Assembly: GCA_000182565.2 (NCBI GenBank)
Contig: KQ257461.1
Source of the DNA: Spizellomyces punctatus DAOM BR117
Taxonomy: Eukaryota
Reading direction: 5' to 3' (one strand)
DNA: 64,000 nt
Shown one piece after another: positions 36,726-48,534 of this stretch. How positions within the stretch are numbered: position 1 is the stretch's first letter; each line of letters begins with the position of its first letter. Both the position numbers and the translations under genes were made by a program. Below the pieces are notes generated by a model that was given only the letters and a program-made list of their open reading frames with translations, did not search any database and was not told the origin of the DNA.

Positions 36726-39019
36726 CTACCTTGAAGTCGATGCCTTTGATACCCTGGAGCCCTTTGATACTCTGGAAGCCTTTGACGTTCGAGAGCCCGC
36801 AGATCCAAATACGCTCCCAAGCGTCAGTCTCTTTGGGTCTTCCTGCGCCTCCGTTTCTTCTGTCGGCTTGGAGGAATGGCGACTGTGGGATGATGGTGAA
36901 AGCCGTGGTGGTTTTGGCACGTGCGCAGGAGGAACAGGACTGATGGGTGGTGGGTATAGCGCAGTGTATCGAGCAGCGGTAGCTTCCCTGCAGACCTTGT
37001 TGGCTCCGGGATCGGAGAAGGGACGGTAACGATCAAGAGAAGGTCTTGCCGAATTTTCTGTTTCTGGATTGATATATGTAGATTCTTTGACTGGTGTCCT
37101 GCTCTTGGACAAGTATGATCTTTGGTCATACTCTGGTCGTTTGAGTCTTGTGGACGAAGGTACAAGTGGTTCGAGCTCGCTCGCTTTCTCAATGGGAGCG
37201 ATTGGATACAAATTCGAAAGCCTGATCACGTCGTGAGCTGGGGGAGGTTGTTTGCTATCGCCATTGAATGAGTTGAGTCCAGCACCCTTTCGATCCTTCG
37301 CGGCAGCTTCCCGCTTGATCTTGCGTCGTTTAGTGATAAATGCAGCACCGCCGACGAGTCCTCCCAGTAGTATCGCTCCGCCTACTGCTACGGCAGCAAT
37401 AAGTATGTACTTTTTGGTACTGGACATCCCAGTGTCTCCGAGTCCTTGCACATACAATGCCAGAAGAGGAATATTCTTGACGTCCTGGACCCAACCATCT
37501 GCGATGGTGTCATAAAAGTAGATAAATCTGTCTGTCGGATACGTTTCGTTTGCGCTGGGGTCAAATGCTGTCGCTCCGCCCGTCACGATGAGATATTGAC
37601 CAATGGAGGCAGAGAGTTGAAATGCTCGACGGGAGGGGGGACCTGGAGTTGTGGCCGGCTGAGAAGGCGCTGTTTGTGGCACACGACGGTGAACTCGGGG
37701 TGCATTGGTTGACTGGGATACTGCTGACGGGATGGTCTGCGTCGCAAGGCCTGGCGCTGCCGTAGCAGGAACGGACGGAGCGCTGCGTGATTCTGTGGAT
37801 GTACCATTACCTTTGCCGATAACATCGCACGACACGCCTTTTTGACTGGCACATGTGTCGTTTTGGTTATTGTCTACCCCATTGACTATATCCATATTGT
37901 CCTGCTTGCGAAACCACGTCCATCTTTGCGCATCCAATATCCACAAATCGTTTAAAAACGTGCCTGATGCGCTCTCCCCACCAAACACCCATGCTCGCCC
38001 ATTGACGTTTGTACAGGACATTCCAGAGCGTTGGCCAGGCGATAAATCACTGAACCATGCCGTGGTTTCCGTCCAGCGGTCATATGGAATGTCGTAAAGC
38101 CAAGAGTCCCCGTACACACGGCTGGAGTTCTGTCCACCCAAGAGAAGGAAAGAGGAAGAAGAAACAGGAACCAAGCAAGCGTATTGTCGAGGAGGAGGCG
38201 ATGGGGAGTAGAGATTCGTAAATCCAAGAGATGTGCTTTTGTATGATGTAAGATCGATGGACCAAAAATCGCTAAAAGTACTGGGGGCACCTGTCCAACC
38301 TTCTCAATGCTGTCCAATCAAAATCTAAAAAATAAAGGAAGCCAAGGAACAAAAACTAACCTCCAAATATGTACAACGTTCCGCCGATCAAAGCGGAAGA
38401 ATGTCCCCATCGAAGGGGCACATCTACAGGAACATTTGCCTCCCATGCCATCGCTTGAGGATCAAAAATGCCCAGCCCAGGTATCATGCTGCCTCCTGCC
38501 CCATTCCTGACGACAGTTTGTCCACCTGTGAAAGAAGAAAATATCAAGTTTCAGTAGTTTGCACCGATGCTTGGCCATAACCACAAACGAACCAAAGCAG
38601 TATATTCGTCGCGACTTTTGGCTATAGTCGCATGTTTGTCCGGTTACGTTGAGGCGGTTGGGCATGTTTGACGGAATCGATATGGGAACATCTACAGTCG
38701 AGAATGTTGCATAGGAGAAGACTGTGGCGGCAAAGCCAATAGACTGGCCAAGCTGAGCGCGAGTCGGATCTACAAACAATGGTAAGTCTGCGGTAATTTT
38801 CTTGGTCGATTGCTTGGGCGTTCACCGTTTACTTTATTTACCTGAGCTCAACAAGCTACCATTTCTCAAGTTACCTCCCAAGAGCACCATCTTTCCATCA
38901 GTGGCGATAGCAGATCCGAGCATTCGTGGGTACGGCGTCCGTGGCAGGTTAAGTTGCACCTGTTGGGCCAAAGCCAAGTCTGCAATAGCTAATAGGAGAA
39001 TCATCTTGAATGCCGCCAT
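36726..39019 (-). CDS. Type I membrane kelch-repeat protein, paralog of 30489-32651, without SH3
   Basis: Signal MAAFKMILLLAIADLALAQ; RWGHSSALIGGTLYIFGG, FLLLGG, AWVFGG, LIVTGG; TM YILIAAVAVGGAILLGGLVGGAAFI followed by KRRKIKR. The 3' end could extend by a further splice. Confidence 0.8.
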
Positions 39020-39969
39020 GGTGTGCTATATTGTGCACCACGGGCGTAACTGACAATAATGTCGACTTCAAAAAAAAATAGGGCGGGAACAGCGATAGTC
39101 CTTTGTCGCTGCGACCCGAAGCCACAACAAGCTCTTCCCGCCTTTTGTTGAAAACTTGCAACATGATGTGACCTGCTTGCGCTTGCATCAAGTGTTCCTG
39201 GGGAGAGGTCTTTTCCTCCTTCTGAAGCTTCTATCGCGTACACCACGGAAGCCAGCGAAAAAACCTTGAAAGCTTCTTAAACTCCGCGCGTTACGCGTCC
39301 TGAAATGTAATCTCCAGACAAAACTGGACGTGATCGAAGACTTGAGGGACATCCCTTGCCAATTATTATGTCCTTTTGCTTATTTATAGTCGCAACTTTT
39401 TCTTCGGTGGATATGAAGTATATTGTTTTCATCTTGCGTAATTGGATTCGTGGTTAGAGCGAACTCGGCAAAGCACGTCTCGGTTCTTAAATGCCTAATG
39501 ATTGAACAACCGAGGATATGTCAACGGGTTTAGAATACGCACTGGGAACAAGTTTTTACAACCTGGAGCTAGATGAACTGGAAGCTTTCTATTAGTTCTA
39601 CAGCTGCCCTGGACATCAAGTGTTGCTGAGTTTTAGTGTGTCGAGGTTTCGTTAGAAACCTTATAGGATTAATGGAAAACCGCATGGTAATTAACCAGCA
39701 TCAAGTAATAGTGCGTCTGGATAGATTAGCGACAAGTTGCATAAAACAGAGCTCATTGCAAGCAAATATATTTAAGGAATAGCTCCTTTTTGTTTATATT
39801 TCACTAAAGACTATAACCATCAGCTCGTTCCATTTCCTTCGATATCGCACATATAATTACAGACATCCCATCTAAGGCAGGACGCTATATAACCTCGGTT
39901 TTTTTTTCCACCCATTAAACCACAAAGAAACACATAATCACAGTGTTAAATTTACATCATAAAAGGTTT

Positions 39970-41046
39970 TTACCAGCCGCCGGGAATGTCGTCATCGTGG
40001 GTGAAGCGAGCCCAGATTTCGAGCTGCTCGCACTGGTCGAGATAAGCTTGGCGGTTCTTTTGGTTGGGTGCGCAGGCTAGGCGGTAGCAGAGAGAAAGAG
40101 TGGGGGACTTTACACAGTCAGTGTAGGCCTTTGCGTTCGGGCAGGAATCCCAGGCCGTTTCGCGACAGCTAGAGCAGTCACCGGTGCATGCTCCAGGAGT
40201 GGGGGTGGAGCTAGGAGAAGTAGTGGTCGAGGTTGTCTTGGTGGCAGGCTTGGTGGTCGCGACAGTTGTGGTGGCCACGGTGGTGGTGGTCACTGTCGTT
40301 GCGGTAGCAGTGGCGGTGGTGGTCGCAGTGCTAGTGGTCGAAGGCTCTGGGGCAAGACAGACGGCGGGAGTGTCGGATGTGGTAAGGTTGAAGACAAGAC
40401 CTTCGTTCAAGACGTTGAGTGGACCAGGGTAGGAAGGACCCAAGAAGACACCAAAGGCATCGGAGCGCTGGAAGCCGAGGGTGAGAGGAACACCAGGAAC
40501 GTTGACAGAGGTGAGGTTGATGGTGAGGGCGATCGTGTCATCGGCGATGATGGGGCGCGAGTCATTGCCGCAAAAGACGAAAACAAGACGGTCTCCCTTG
40601 GTACTGTAGAACTGCTGATGAGTGACATGACTTTACGCGCAGCAATTGAGTAACAGGACTTACGTAGCAACGGAGCTAACGAACGGGGTAGCTTCACCGG
40701 CAACAATGAGATTCTGGGGCACCGAAGAGTCATACAAGCTCAAAGTGGCAGTAGCAGCCGCACCACTTTGAAGTGGAACAACCTCAAACGACAACGAACA
40801 GATCGAAGCGTTGACTGGAGCGGTAAAGCCCTGCAGCCACGCGTCGCCGGCAACAAATAGGTTGCGTGAAAAGGTCTCGTTGCTTGACGTGCCAAAGATG
40901 GCATCGCAAGAGGGGTCCAGAGCAGGTTGGATGTTCTGACGCGCGTGCAGGCGGTGCTGATTGGAGATCATGCCGGATGGGAAAGCTTGAACCGCAGTGG
41001 CCGTGGCCAACAGTGCGCCGACGAAAAGAGAGGCAGGTGAAAACAT
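39970..41046 (-). CDS. Secreted protein: beta-rich N-domain, Thr-rich linker, 8-Cys C-terminal domain
   Basis: Signal MFSPASLFVGALLATATAVQA. Intron 40663-40604 joins it in frame to ORF 39970-40443. Linker STTSTATTTATATATT. Confidence 0.78.
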
Positions 41047-42114
41047 GCTGGCACTGATGTCAAGTTGGAAGAAAATGATGGAGTTCTTTGTACTAGCGCT
41101 AAGTCTTGAGCAGCTAAATACACAAGAGCAATGTGAGTGTAGAGGGTGGGGGGATGCGCCAGACGGGCTTCTTTTATAGACGCAACGTAGGTTGTTGGGG
41201 AAGGGGAAAACGTGCGCATTTTTCCATACAGAAAACACATCATAAAATAGTTTAGAAGGACATTTCCTACGTTATGTAATGCTAAATGTGTAGATTCTTC
41301 ATGAGAATGCTGACCAAGAGGGTGAAGAGAAGGTGCGCATGGTCGTTGTCGGAGTTTGTTTGCTAGATCGAAGTTTTATTACCTTCCGACGCGCGTATCC
41401 TCCATCGGACGTGTTTACGTTTACCTTACCCTGGTTTATTTAAAAATACCGGCCTGGGTACCGTAAATAAAAACGGAAGTTTATGGCACTAGATTGTTTT
41501 TAAACAAATGCAAATGGATACGCAGGGCAGGAAGATGATATATGCACTTTTCGACACCAAACAGCAAGAGTCACAAAGGACTCTAGCTCTTAGCACCACT
41601 CTGATAATGTTGGTCTGCTGTGGGCCAGTCAATCCCATCGTCGTGGTGGTTGTCGTTCTCAACAGTTCAAAGAAGGTTGGGGGGGGCATCGGAGATTTCA
41701 GAACCTCTTCGGAAGTGAATGTTACGTCATCAACAGTTGCTGCGCGCGTCGAATTTCGAGTGCAGAGAAGTTTGTTCGGTGAATTTAATTTCTTACCAAT
41801 CCCATTAAGAAGGTAAGGATGGAGGCCAAGTTTGCATTGTTTTCATTGAACGTAAGCAATTCCGACATCTTCTTGTTGCGGGCTTCTTCTAACTGCAAGC
41901 ACATGCGTGTCCTCAACGTCAGCAAGCACCTGCTCAACTGCTTGGGTGATATTGTAGTCGTGTATCCATCATTCTGAACCATGTGCATGTTTTCATTGTC
42001 GACCGCGAGACTGAGCTCACTGTATTTTGCAAGTTTATTTTCAAAACATATGTCCGTATCTTACTTAAAATATATACAATATTGTAAAAAATATATGGAA
42101 TCAGAGAAGCCTAA

Positions 42115-43341
42115 CTAATGCTCCTGGAGCCTGTAAATCACGAGAACAACGCCTTTGCTCTCAACCCTTGTGCCCAGCTCTACCTCTTGCACCAATTCAT
42201 CTTGGCATTTGAACCACCGGGACCCGCCTCTCAGCCGTGTGTAAGTGAGAAAGTGTCCACCGGTTTGTGTCACAAATCCATGAAGACGATAAAATGTCTT
42301 TTGATCCGAATGTCGGTTCTCGAGGTAAAACCCAAGATCGACCTCAAGCGGCAGCTCAATCGGCGGTGCATGATAGGACCCGCCATTGACGACGGGACGC
42401 TGAAGATGAATTGTCAGGTAATGAGGGAGTCGTGTAAATCGTATCTGCCGATCGGGTGTAGCATTAGGCGTCGACAGAGGAGAGGAATCGGGACTACGGA
42501 AGGCGCTTGACAAATTTGACAGCAAGGAGCGGTTGCTGAACGGACCGCCGAAAAAAAAAGTAGCGACTGCATGACCGAACCGGTTGTTAAGAAGTGAGAT
42601 CAGAGACACTGTTTCCTGGTCATTATAGTCGGCAAGAGGGATGGTGAGAAGAGAGGTTGTTTCCTGCCTGGCGCTTCCAGAATCCAGGACATCTACAGCA
42701 CTATCAGTTCTTCCCTTCAGGGCGATAGCTGCGTTTCCATATCCTTTTGCCTGGAGATTTGCGGGATGTGGGGCATCGACTAATCCCATCTCAAACCTCC
42801 TTCCGAACCTCGTTCTTCCTAGCACGTCGTCCAACATGGCACGGGTAACCTTTTCCACATCGGGGACAATCATATTCTGTACATGGGGCGCGTGATCTTC
42901 TGATGGAAGTCCGCATGCCTCTCTCCACCAGTTCAATTCGACAAGCTCTGCCGGAGCAACTCTTGCTAGTTCTTCTTCATTTCCATCACATTGAAACTTG
43001 CGGACCATCTTTACAAACTCTGCAATGTTTGGTAGTTTTGCAGCAACGGGGAGCTCTTCGTTTAGGTTTGGGAGACATGTGAAAAGCTGGAGCATTGCAT
43101 TGAGAACTGAACGAGGTTTCGAGCGGTGGGGGTTTGGGAGACCTTGAAGAGACCTGTTTGCAGAAGACTTTCAATTCAATTTCCTCACCATTCGCACACA
43201 AAGCGAAACTTACTCATTGGGAGCATATGAAATGCATGGTTCATTCATTTCCTCTTCTTGAGGTGGAAACACAATGACCTCGGGAATAGCGAAAGAGACA
43301 GCACCCGCCAAGCGAGCTTCCTTTGCTGGACGCAACTCCAT
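42115..43341 (-). CDS. USP-fold deubiquitinase homolog lacking the catalytic Cys (pseudo-USP)
   Basis: Intron 43213-43154 gives ..SLQGLPNPHRSKPRSVLNAMLQLF (Cys box with Ser at the nucleophile position). Also RLPHYLTIHLQR, YRLHGFVTQTGGHFLTY, WFKCQDELV and VLVIYRL. Confidence 0.78.
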
Positions 43342-44530
43342 CAGGAACAAGAGTTACCAAATGTAATACTACTTCAGTTTTACAATGCGTTGAAAGCGAA
43401 ATGAATTCTGTTTGTCGGAGTAGTTTGGTCTGCCCTTTAAGCCAAAGGGACCTTTTGCCAGCCATTTTGCACAGCCCATAACACCCGATGATAAGCTGGA
43501 TGATAAGGGCGGACAGATGATATGAGGGTGATAAATATATATCTATGATATTTTATGCGGCCAACTTTCTATAAATAACAACTTTTTGTTTGTCATCAAT
43601 TTCCAGGAATGTGGGCGCAAAACGGCCAACTGGCGGAAGCGATATGCTTCATGACGGACGACTGCATGTACGAGGCAATCTCACATGCAATGTTTGGTCT
43701 GGGAGGCATGGTCAGCCATCAAGGTTTGCTAAGGCACATTGCCCTGCTCTTTGCGATATCCTTTGGACGCAGGTGCATCCACAAGTGATCTAGCAGGATC
43801 TGCAAAGTCCAATGCTTTGCATCCATCCCCAAAGATTTGTAGCAAAAGGTTTGTAGCAAATGGTACACATTTTATAAAGAAAGGACACACCCCCAGCAGT
43901 TCGATGACTGCGGGATGCTCTTACAAGGGTACGATCCCGATCATGAATGCCTGCCAATGTGTTAACCAATACCAAATGCAAGAACAGCTGCTTTCGTAAG
44001 CTAACAGTAAGCATCCACGTGGCACATATGTGGCTTGCGACTCTCTCGATGACAACTGTCCTTTCGACCGCGAAATGCCCCACACAGCATGCAACTTCCT
44101 TGTCCATTTGGGTTGGCATCCTGCGAGCACGCACGCCGCTGAACACCGTATACCAGAAAGAGTCATATTCCTGTCTCGCTTACCGCCTGCACCGGACGAC
44201 AGGAAAACATTTGCATTATACACTGATCGACAATATTGGCGTCTGGTTCAATCCAGCACATTTGCTTTTTTTTTGCGCGAGGGGCGGCCAGCATGCCTTT
44301 TGGATTAGAGGGGTTTAGGCAATCTTCATAGTACGTTCACCATACTTTTTCCTATTGATTCGTCGTCCCCCACGACGTGTGAATTGTGGTGGGAAACTTT
44401 TGGGGTTTGAGCACACGCCCCGAAACTTTTTACGTCGGTTCTCACTTGCACGCACGCAGTTCACCGTGAACTCCTTTTTTTTCTTTCCATTTTTTCCCTT
44501 TTCCATATCGTTTATTCGGTCACCCATAAA

Positions 44531-47500
44531 ATGAACCCGCTCGCTTGGCTCTCCAACGATCCTATCCCTTTCCTTGGTCCCGATAATCCCCTCGGCAGCT
44601 TACGGTCAATCTTCATACTTAACGTTGGTGCAGGAATAGTGGCATGCGTGGCGGCGTTTGGGTTATGGAGGTTGGCAGCTGGCTCGGAAGCCGATGACGA
44701 CGATGAGTCAGAACACACAAGCAAAGCGCGAAGAAGAAAACAGAAATCTAAGAAGATCAAGTCGGGGAGCGACAATGGATCTTGGAACCGTCTTGGGAAA
44801 GGGAAATGGAAATGGAAAGCAGACCAGGGTAAGTGTCTCTCGTCTCCATCATCCCTCAACAAGAGCTAATGTAACCATGTAGATGATACTCTATACCCTG
44901 CCGGATTATACAATTTGGGAAATACCTGTTTCATGAACTCTGTAATACAAGTGAGTGTTTGGTATTGACAGACACGTTTGCCTACATGCGATTTGTCGCA
45001 TGGTCTCTGTTCGTCAGCTGACGGCTCCATGGAACGTTTCGATAGGCTCTATCCTCCCTACCTATCTTTTGCGCATATCTACGAGATCGATATGCGAAGC
45101 ACTGTGCTGACGATCTTGTTAATTCGGGAAGAGATAAAGCTTTACCCGTTACTGAAGCTTTATTGGGGCTGACAGACTGTATGTGGACAATTACGCCTTT
45201 CCATGTTGTTGTAGCTTGCCTCGAAGTAACATGAACCCGTCGCTTAGCGTTGAACGAGCTTGAAACATCTCGTAAAGTTTTACGACCCACGAGCCTTATG
45301 TCGGCCCTGGCCGTCACAAACAAGAGTAATCGGCGATTGCTCTGTTATGAGCAACAGGATGCACATGAACTACTTCAGCTAGTCTCTAGCACTATCTCAA
45401 GTGAAGAGTTTGACGATTACGGTCTCTTGTCGTTGCGTGAAGTGCGAGGCCTTGCCGTGACAAACGACGGACGGTCACCCCCAAACGGTCAGCAGATATC
45501 GCCAGTTGTGTTTTTAGGGACAAAAGTGGACGTTGTGTTATCCACACGGCTGCGAAGTCCATTAACTGGGCTGCTGGCACACAAGATTACCTGTCGCATC
45601 TGTCAGTACTCTGTAGGTTATCCTTTTTTGTGGGACGCTGTTCATCTTTTCGTGATGGTCTGATACTTTTGGCTTCCTCAGTCAGGCATTCGTCATCAGA
45701 CATACGATAATTTATCTTTGGCCATTCCTCCGTTGGTAAGATATTTGTACTCGTAGATTGGATGCATCCGTATGGCCACTGATATTTCCTGTGCTTCACT
45801 ATCCGCTAACAGCGACAATGCAGTCTGGATACGATAATTGGAGCTTATGTCTCACCAGAAAGCATCCACGACTACAAATGCGATAAATGTTCTTTGGATG
45901 CAACGTTGAAGGCGCTCGACAGGGACCTGGTGACACAGCGGAGCAAGATCGATGGCCTAAAGACGGCGAGAAAGCGAGTAAACCACCAAACACGGAAGAA
46001 AAAGGCAAAGAAAGCGATCAATGGCACAATCGTGGATGGACTCCATCAAGGGAACGAGACAATACCCTTGATTGAGATGGGAGAGGATGTAGTAGATGCC
46101 ATTTCACTTGAGGAAAGGTCCAAAGCTATAGGGGATGAACTGAGGAATGAACTCCAAAAGCTGGTGTCGCTGGAGAAGGATCGCGAAGTCGTAGAGCACG
46201 CTTTCAAGTATGATGTGGACGCTGAACTGGTACGTTGATGTTCTGCTTCCGAAAACCAGTGTGCCGCAGCGGCAAGTAACAATAGGTTTTCTTTCTTTCG
46301 TTACCCCGAAGCCGGACACGGTCAAGCGCATAAAATACGCCAGTCCCTTATCCAGCAAGGAAACCCTCATTGCAACCGCTCCACCATGCCTGTGTCTGCA
46401 CATGCAACGATCGGTATTCCATCCTACTGGCGCTGTTATGAAAAATAATTGTCGCATCGTGTTTGAGGAATATCTCGATTTGGGACCGTTTTGCACAGGA
46501 GGAGACGACGGGCAGTATTTTGGATGTGGGACGAGTCAGCAGGCCTGGGGGAGTAGAACAAGAGTTATGAGTGTTTTAGATGGCTTGGGTGGTGCTGTGG
46601 GGACGACTACAATACTCAAGCTGCTTAATGTGAGTGGTGAGGGCGGCAGCCAATTTGGTACCGCAGACGGTCCTCATCTTAAACATCTGACCGAGAGTGG
46701 CGGCGTTCAGCATATGGATAGTAATGGGAGCCGTGAACGTCAAGAATGGGATGAAAAGAGCGGACAATTGGTGCACGATTCGGAAGGAGTAACGGCAGGA
46801 GCATCACTGGGAGCGACTAATGAGGACGGTAAAGCCGTTAAATTAGGAGCTCCAGCCGCAACGCACAGGACGCAGGAAGAGACACCTGATGGAGACCCAA
46901 AGACCATCTCCAATGGCCAATCGCTCATGGAAAGTACGACTTTCAGCACTGGATTGAAAGGGGCTGCACAGTTGCCGTCAGCAGGTACCGACAAATCTCT
47001 TGCCGATAATGACGATGGTGGTACCGCACGTTGCCAAATACCGAATGGTGTCGCGAAAGAAAGTACTTTAACCCAGGCAGCTCCCTCCAGTGGAGATGAT
47101 GAAGCAGAGCAGGAGATTGTTGCAAGCCTGCCTAATAGCGCTGAACGACGAGACGCCGCGGAGCATGTGCTGCAGCATGATTTACAAACCGGACAAAATG
47201 AGCCAAAGAATGAAGTGCTGAGTGGTGCAATTCTTCCTACTTCATCAGATACCCCACAGACGGTTTCTGGCAATGGAAAGTCATCTGTGACAGCGGATAT
47301 CGAAGCAACGACTTTGGAAGATTGCATCAAAATTGAAGACGAAGATTTCCCACAATTAGAGGAAGTACCAACAGAGCCGCAAGACACGCTGGATAAGTCA
47401 GGAAGCGAAGTGAGAAAGGATGATGCTGGAAGAATCAAAGGAGAGGAGCCGCCAGCCTCAAAAATTCTTAAGCAATCCTCCTCACTGCCTCAGCCGCCTT

Positions 47501-47841
47501 ACCCCTATCTTTACCGCCTTCAATCCGTCGTCCTGCACTATGGCAGCCACGACTCTGGTCACTTTGTCACCTACCGACGCGTCAAGCGCCCCGTCACCGA
47601 CAAAACAGACAGCGTCAGCAGCACTAGCACAACTCCCCTCCTCAGACGGCGGCGACGGGTAAACCAACCGGATACGGATGCAGATTCAAGTTCATCAGGT
47701 TGTCCCGCAGACGAGGATGGCGATCGATGGTATCGGATCTCGGATGATCGGGTTGACCTTGTCAAAGATTTTGAGAGGGAGGTTATCGAGCATGGTGCAA
47801 GTTATGTCTATATGCTGTTTTATGAAAAAGTGCTGGAATGA
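44531..47841 (+). CDS. Ubiquitin-specific protease (peptidase C19) with N-terminal TM anchor, USP30/Ubp1/Ubp16-like
   Basis: TM IFILNVGAGIVACVAAFGLW; Cys box GLYNLGNTCFMNSVIQ (about 44903-44950); EQQDAHELLQ; CRIC; PPCLCLHMQRS; His box YRLQSVVLHYGSHDSGHFVTYRR; WYRISD; YMLFYEK. Confidence 0.92.
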
Positions 47842-48534
47842 TTTGTTCTGCATGTAAATAATTTATATCATGTATTTACTGCTGCTCCTCTCATGTGCTT
47901 TGGCATTTGGATTTATTTTAATTTGGTAATCGAATAGATGGAATGTTTGCATACGTCGAGAATCATGTCAATTTACAAATTGCTTTGTTCTTTCTGTCCT
48001 TTTACCCTCTGCACAGTCGGCGCAATGATTGCCATTTTGGCCAGATGGTTTCGTAGCCAGCAAACAACAAAAATACACACACTAGCCGCTGTTAGTTGGA
48101 ACTCCTTTAAATATTTACGCACATGCGCAACACATCATTGGAGGAATATAGAGTTGACGCTTCACCAACAAGGCTGCCAAATCCCAATCCCGTTAAAATC
48201 GTCGTCCCGAGGAGGAGGAAACGTGCACAGTCTATCCAATTTCTTGGCGACCTGTTTTCCTTCTTCTTGTCGTCGTCGTCGTCGTCGTCATCATTCGCAA
48301 CCAGCCGGATGGGGATAAACGGGAGAACGGTTGAGACCAAAAAAGGCTAAATAGCATTGAAGATCAATGTGTAACATATGTACGTGAGCGTCTAAGCCAC
48401 TCGCTCTGGACATTTGAAGGTGACCTTTTCACGTTTGTTTTCCTTCCCCCCTCGTGCGGTTTCCAACAAAAACTGGGGGCTTGCTCACTGGAAAATACGA
48501 TATTTCAAGATAGTGTTTAAAGGTGGAATAACAA

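Noticed and set aside
41489..41988. Two short minus-strand ORFs with a possible intron between them
   Set aside because: No recognisable motif and no clearly preferred frame; cannot be supported as a gene.
43590..44318. Overlapping short ORFs in the USP intergenic region
   Set aside because: Random-looking composition and no conserved motifs.
46740..47438. 232-aa antisense ORF, and similar antisense ORFs over other genes
   Set aside because: Shadow frames of real coding sequence with no independent features.
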